Assembly: GCA_002269645.1 (NCBI GenBank)
Contig: NIVC01002422.1
Coordinates: 1-64,000 of the forward strand
Length of the DNA stretch: 64,000 bases
Direction of reading: 5' to 3'
Origin: Macrostomum lignano
Lineage: Eukaryota
A program made the position numbers and the translations under genes. The notes below the pieces were generated by a model that worked only from the letters and a program-made list of their open reading frames with translations, had not been told where the DNA came from and did not search any database. Below are positions 59,247-64,000 of the stretch, piece by piece (within the stretch, counting starts at the first letter, position 1; every line of letters begins with the position of its first letter).

Positions 59247-59949
59247 TTCCCTGAGTCAATATGGACTCAGCTGACAGATTGACTTTTGGATGCCTCGATA
59301 AATTCTTTGTGTGGTATTTTAAGTAGTTAGTTTGGATTTTTTAGGTAAATTATCTCGAATTAAATTCTCCCCAAAAAATTGACTAGTTGCTTTACTATTT
59401 TCTTCTATTTGCTTTTCTTTTTTGGTGCGAATTTAAATTCCTTTCTTAAAACCCGACTGAAGATTTCTCATGTTGACATCGAACTAGCTGGAAAATATCT
59501 AATTCTAAATCCCATGAAAAAATTGTTTTCAAAGAAAGTTGAAGCGAGGACTGAGCCGGCTTGAAAAAACACCTGGCATTATGCAGTACGAGGTCAGACG
59601 ACAGAGTTTCTCCTAACTCAGTTGCCCAAGGCAACCTAAGCTGCTGCACGTGAGCGATCAGTTTTTGCTCATTAGTGTTCGAGTCTTCGGTACCGAATTT
59701 CGATATCAAGTACCAGGTAATATCGCTAGAACAACCCATCTTTGAGCGCTCCACAAATTGGTGCTTTTTTTACAAACGTAACGGTTCTTTGTATCGACCC
59801 GTGATAAATGCAGTATTTTCCTACTTCTAAATGAAGCAACTCTTGACAAACAATGTGCACTAATGGCTAAAAATGCTTTTTTCGTTGAATAGCTTAAGCT
59901 ACGCATTCATAGAATTCAGTGATAAACTTTGATTACTGCGCTTTGAGTG

Positions 59950-60560
59950 ATAAATCTTCACTAGCATCTCATAGTCTGATCTCATAGCCTCTACTGGCAT
60001 CTCACAGTCTGATCTCATAGCCCCTACTGGCACCTTACAGTCTGATCTCATAGCCTCTACTGGCATCTCACAGTCTGATCTCATAGTCTCTACTGGCACC
60101 TTACAGTCTGATCTCATAGTCTCTACTGGCATCTCACAGTCTGATCTCATAGTCTCTACTGGTATCTCACAGTCTGATCTCATAGTCTCTACTGGTATCT
60201 CACAGTCTGATCTCATAGTCTCTACTGGTATCTCAGTCTCGTGTCATGACAGTTTCTACTGGCATCTCACAGATTCTACTGGAATCTCACAGATTCTACT
60301 GGAGTCTCACAGATTCTACTGGAATCTCACAGATTCTACTGGAATCTCACAGATTCTACTGGAGTCTCACAGATTCTACTGGCATCTCACAGATTCTACT
60401 GGAATCTCACAGATTCTACTGGAGTCTCACAGATTCTACTGGAATCTCACAGATTCTACTGGAATCTCACAGATTCTACCGGAATCTCACAGATTCTACT
60501 GGAGTCTCACAGATTCTACTGGAATCTCACAGATTCTACTGGAATCTCACAGATTCTACT
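59950..60560. repeat. Adjacent related minisatellites: 33-bp (59950..60235) and 20-bp (60250..60560)
   Basis: Units TCTGATCTCATAGTCTCTACTGGCATCTCACAG and CTACTGGAATCTCACAGATT share CTACTGG-ATCTCACAG. Confidence 0.94.
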
Positions 60561-61006
60561 GGAATTCCCAATTTCGATTCTATTATAACAAACGTAGTTC
60601 TTCCTTGACGCCGAGAGCGGAGAGGCAACTGTGGCCGCAGACTTCAACCATACGAGTTTCGCAGGTTTGACCTGAAAACTGGCGTGCGAGCCGAGCTGGA
60701 AAAATGGAAGTTCAGTTGAGTTGCTCAGCGGGCCAACTAAGTAGAATAATTGCTGTCTGCCCAGTGCCAGTTAGCGAATGAATAATGAGTCCGGCTAAGA
60801 CCGTTACCGAATTTCTCAGGTTGAGCAATTTCGCCGTTTTCCATTTCCTTGGTCACGACTTTTCTATCAGCGACTGTGCAATGCCAGAAATTGCCTGTCC
60901 TTATTCAGCTGACGGGTGTCTTGCTCTGCTTTGCCATCCAGACTTCCGCGTTCTCGATGCGTTCCGCTCGCTTCATTGGTTTTGTGCACCAGAGTGCGAT
61001 GCTGTT

Positions 61007-61380
61007 CAGGGGCGTCGCCACCGGAGGGACAGGGGGGACATGTCCCCCCCCCCAGTAAAAGCTACTGGGGGACATGTTCCCCCTCCCCCAGTAAAAGCTA
61101 CTGGGGGGACATGCCGATGCTTTGTCCCCCCAATCGAGTGCCTCTGGCGCTAAAATGAGTGCCCCTGGCGCTAAAATGAGTGCCTGCGGCGCTAAAACGA
61201 GTGCCTGCGGGGCCAAAATGAGTGCCTGCGGCGCTAAAATGAGTGCCTGCGGCGCTAAAATGAGTGCCTGCGGCGCCAAAATGAGTGCCTGCGGCGCTAA
61301 AATGAGTGCCTGCGTCGCCAAAATGAGTGCCTGCGGCGCTAAAATGAGTGCCTGCGGCGCTAAAATGAGTGCCTCTGACA
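61007..61380 (+). mobile_element. Possible hAT-like element end (CAGGGGCGTCGCC) with a palindromic block and a 21-bp tandem array
   Basis: The terminus resembles CAGGGGCG-type MITE ends; unit GCGGCGCTAAAATGAGTGCCT occurs ~11 times; second end and TSD not found. Confidence 0.4.
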
Positions 61381-62149
61381 AAAATGAACGCTGACAACAC
61401 CGATTCTGAAAATGATGTACAAGTAGGAATTTAGTCATGTACATGTACATGTAGAATTCTATTAACTCTATTCTGTAATGTTACAGGATGAGTGAGTAAT
61501 TCGATTTTGTTATATTTCAGAATGATTCAGTAGTCCTATTAAAGTATAACCTTGCTAATTAACTAAACAGAATTCAGTTGATAATACTAGTAATTTAATA
61601 TTTAGCAGTCAAGTGCTGCTTCTGATGATTGACAGGTCGTTGGTGCTTGACTCCACAGGCTTTCTTTTAAACTAACCAATGGTTTGTAGCTGATGTAATT
61701 GGTCTTTGATAGGCAACAAGACATGACTATCCAGGCACTCGATTGAAGACATCTGCTTGTGGAGAACAAGCCTCCTGATTCTATTGTACTTTTAGGTTTG
61801 GATTGCTTTTGGCTTCGTCCGTGTTTAAATACAGTTTGATCAGAGGTTGCCTTCCTAGTGCCTCACAGCCACAGGTGGCTGGCAGGCAGGGGAACACGCA
61901 TCTTCTAGGATAAATTCCCCCACCCCCAACTCCGCAGATGCGTCGTAGATGATAACACTGACTAATTCCTTCATTCAACTGTAGGGGGTAGGGGCGGTCG
62001 CTTCTTTTGGGAAAACTTTATTTCGACAAAGAGAGTATGCCGAGGAAAACTTACTTTTTGGCACAGCTTCCCTTATTTTTCATTGGATTAGAAACTAAAA
62101 CCAAATGCATTATTGGCATGGTGAATTGAATCTGGAATTGTGGCATCCT

Positions 62150-62510
62150 TGCTGAGGAATTTTGGCATTCTTGATGGAGAATTGCGGCATCCTTGATGGG
62201 GAATCGCGGCATCCTTGATGGGGAATCGCGGCATCCTTGGTGGGGAATTCCGGCATTCTTGATGGGGAATTAAGGCTTCCTTGATGGGGAATTGGGGCTT
62301 CCTTGATGGGGAATTGGGGCTTCCTTGATGGGGAATTGGGGCTTCCTTGATGGGGAATTGGGGCTTCCTTGATGGGGAATTGGAGCTTCCTTGATGGGGA
62401 ATTGGGACTTCCTTGATGGGGAATTGAGGCTTCCTTGATAGGGAATTGTGGTTTCCTTGATGGGGAATTGGGGCTTCCTTGATGGGGAATTGTGGCATTC
62501 TTGATGAGGA
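62150..62510. repeat. 22-bp minisatellite (CCTTGATGGGGAATTGGGGCTT), ~16 copies
   Basis: Direct units with degenerate edges. Confidence 0.93.
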
Positions 62511-62710
62511 GTTGTGACTTCCAGTCTCATATTTCATCCAGTATCAAAAGGGCAGAATCCCAAATGAAGTTCAGTACAGCACCGCGCTATTCAGCCACAC
62601 ATGCCAATCAAAACCAAGTTTGAACAGTTTACTGAACTGTTCATCAAACTCACAATTTATTGTTTAAATTCTGCATTGCAAAAAAACAAACCGATTCATG
62701 GGGCAGCGAC

Positions 62711-62743
<33 letters not shown>

Positions 62744-63819
62744 AACAAACGGTAGGTTATATTTTTTTACAAAATAAAACTAAGACAAACGGCAAAGCGA
62801 GAAAACAAATGGATACTGAAATTTTACTGGGCATTACACGGGATAAAAATTTAATCAGCGCAGTCTCAACATTTCGGTGTACATCCGATTATGTACACTT
62901 TGCAGTTGCTAGCGAAAAGAGATTGAAAGGTTTCATTTCTGGGGGTTTTATGTGCGAACACGGCTGCTGCGAGAGCGGACTTTGGGGTGCTTTTTTGACG
63001 CCTAGATGCCATTTTTGATGTCTAGATGCCATTTTTGATGTCTAGATGCCATTTTTGGCGCCTACAAGCGTAAGTGCTACGGTTAATGTTATTGGCTTCT
63101 TATTCAGTTACTCGCCAATAACATTATAGCAATCTGTTCCTCATGTCTCCCAAAACACACAGTGCCGCAGGCAAGTGCAGTCTACTTTCGAGTACTATAT
63201 GCCGTTGCTACGGCTAGGTGAGACCAAAATAACCATCTGTGTGAGCAGTTTTACATAGTTGTTCTTGTCAAAACAAACGGAATAAAAGTTTTGGAGAAGT
63301 GTTGACTTGAAGAAAAAAACTTGAAGCTTCGGGGGTTAGAATTTCCAGAAATACAGGTTGGGCCATAGACAAGAGGCAAGCAAGTCTAGAAGCAAGTTAC
63401 AGAAAACGAGTTGATTAACATCAGGGCCATCTGCAGTGCCCCAGCTTGGACTCAGCCGCAGGGACATCAGGACGGTAACCATGACCCTCTCGGGTCACGG
63501 ATGCTTCGTTTTAGCATCGTCACCTCCAGGGAAAAATCCACAGTAAGGAATTTCCATTCTCCATTCAATATCAGAGCTACAAAGTCTGACAGCCAAGGCC
63601 TGCTACTGTGGCTGTGGCCATAGACTACGAGTATGACTTCCATGTCAGGCACTTCCATGGCACTCTTATCTATCGCTGTTTTTGCATGTACTCCATACGG
63701 CCCATTGTCCTGTTGAAATAAAGACTTTGTTGCCAGGGTTAAGAAAGAAAACACTGACTAAACTGAAACCCCTAGAGCCCTGCTCCCAGTTAAAGAAGTT
63801 AGTCCCCAAGAAGAGTCAG

Positions 63820-63999
63820 TCACCCCAGCAAGAAGGTCGCAACCGCGGCGGCAATGGCGGCCGCAGCCACCGACTTCGGCGAGGCTCGCCGGCCATTCGC
63901 TTTGCTGGATCTGTCTCTGGATTGTCCCTTCGTCTGCTGCTGCTGCTGCTGCTGCCAGCCGCTGCTGCCACCTTCATCAGCAACGTACTCGGTTTTAGC
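63820..63999 (-). CDS. Probable 3'-terminal coding segment of a gene entering from the right; poly-Gln and a hydrophobic C-terminus
   Basis: Open frame from the window edge: AKTEYVADEGGSSGWQQQQQQQTKGQSRDRSSKANGRRASPKSVAAAAIAAAVATFLLG-stop; GC-rich like the other exons. No homology recognised. Confidence 0.4.
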   Translation of the reverse strand, partial: AKTEYVADEGGSSGWQQQQQQQTKGQSRDRSSKANGRRASPKSVAAAAIAAAVATFLLG

Positions 64000-64000
64000 A

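Noticed and set aside
63467-63754. Tc1 transposase fragment (FQQDNGP) or TSP1-like WAVWSTC in another frame
   Set aside because: Only a few residues match; the downstream SPDLNPIE motif and TIRs are absent, and the alternative frame has several stops.

Overview
Eukaryotic (invertebrate-type metazoan) genomic DNA with GT-AG introns, dense minisatellites and scattered 1-bp indels that suggest a long-read consensus. Host genes: (1) 3' part of a large uninflatable/SVEP1-like type-I membrane protein (+, <1..6852); (2) MTAP (-, six coding exons, 10605..42957, 281 aa); (3) COX5A (+, 50981..53428); (4) mitochondrial-type SHMT (+, 54695..58494, 481 aa); (5) possibly the last coding codons of another gene at the right edge (-). 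The main structure is MTAP intron 2 (13745..35149, 21.4 kb), which is almost entirely a nested stack of DNA transposons. A probable old CMC/CACTA-like shell (14143..35073) holds a THAP/P-type element (18929..32445). Its right TIR is split 8 bp from the end by a near-intact 9.7-kb CACTA-type element (22693..32434, AGA TSD), which in turn holds a fold-back MITE and a mariner deletion derivative. The stack also carries two BEN-like accessory ORFs and a spliced 62-aa RGG/zinc-knuckle micro-ORF absent from the ORF track. Also present: a tRNA-derived SINE family (5 copies/relatives), hAT-like and Merlin non-autonomous elements with 8-bp TSDs, a 5.5-kb CpG desert, and about 15 tandem-repeat arrays. 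All calls are by eye; no database searches were run.
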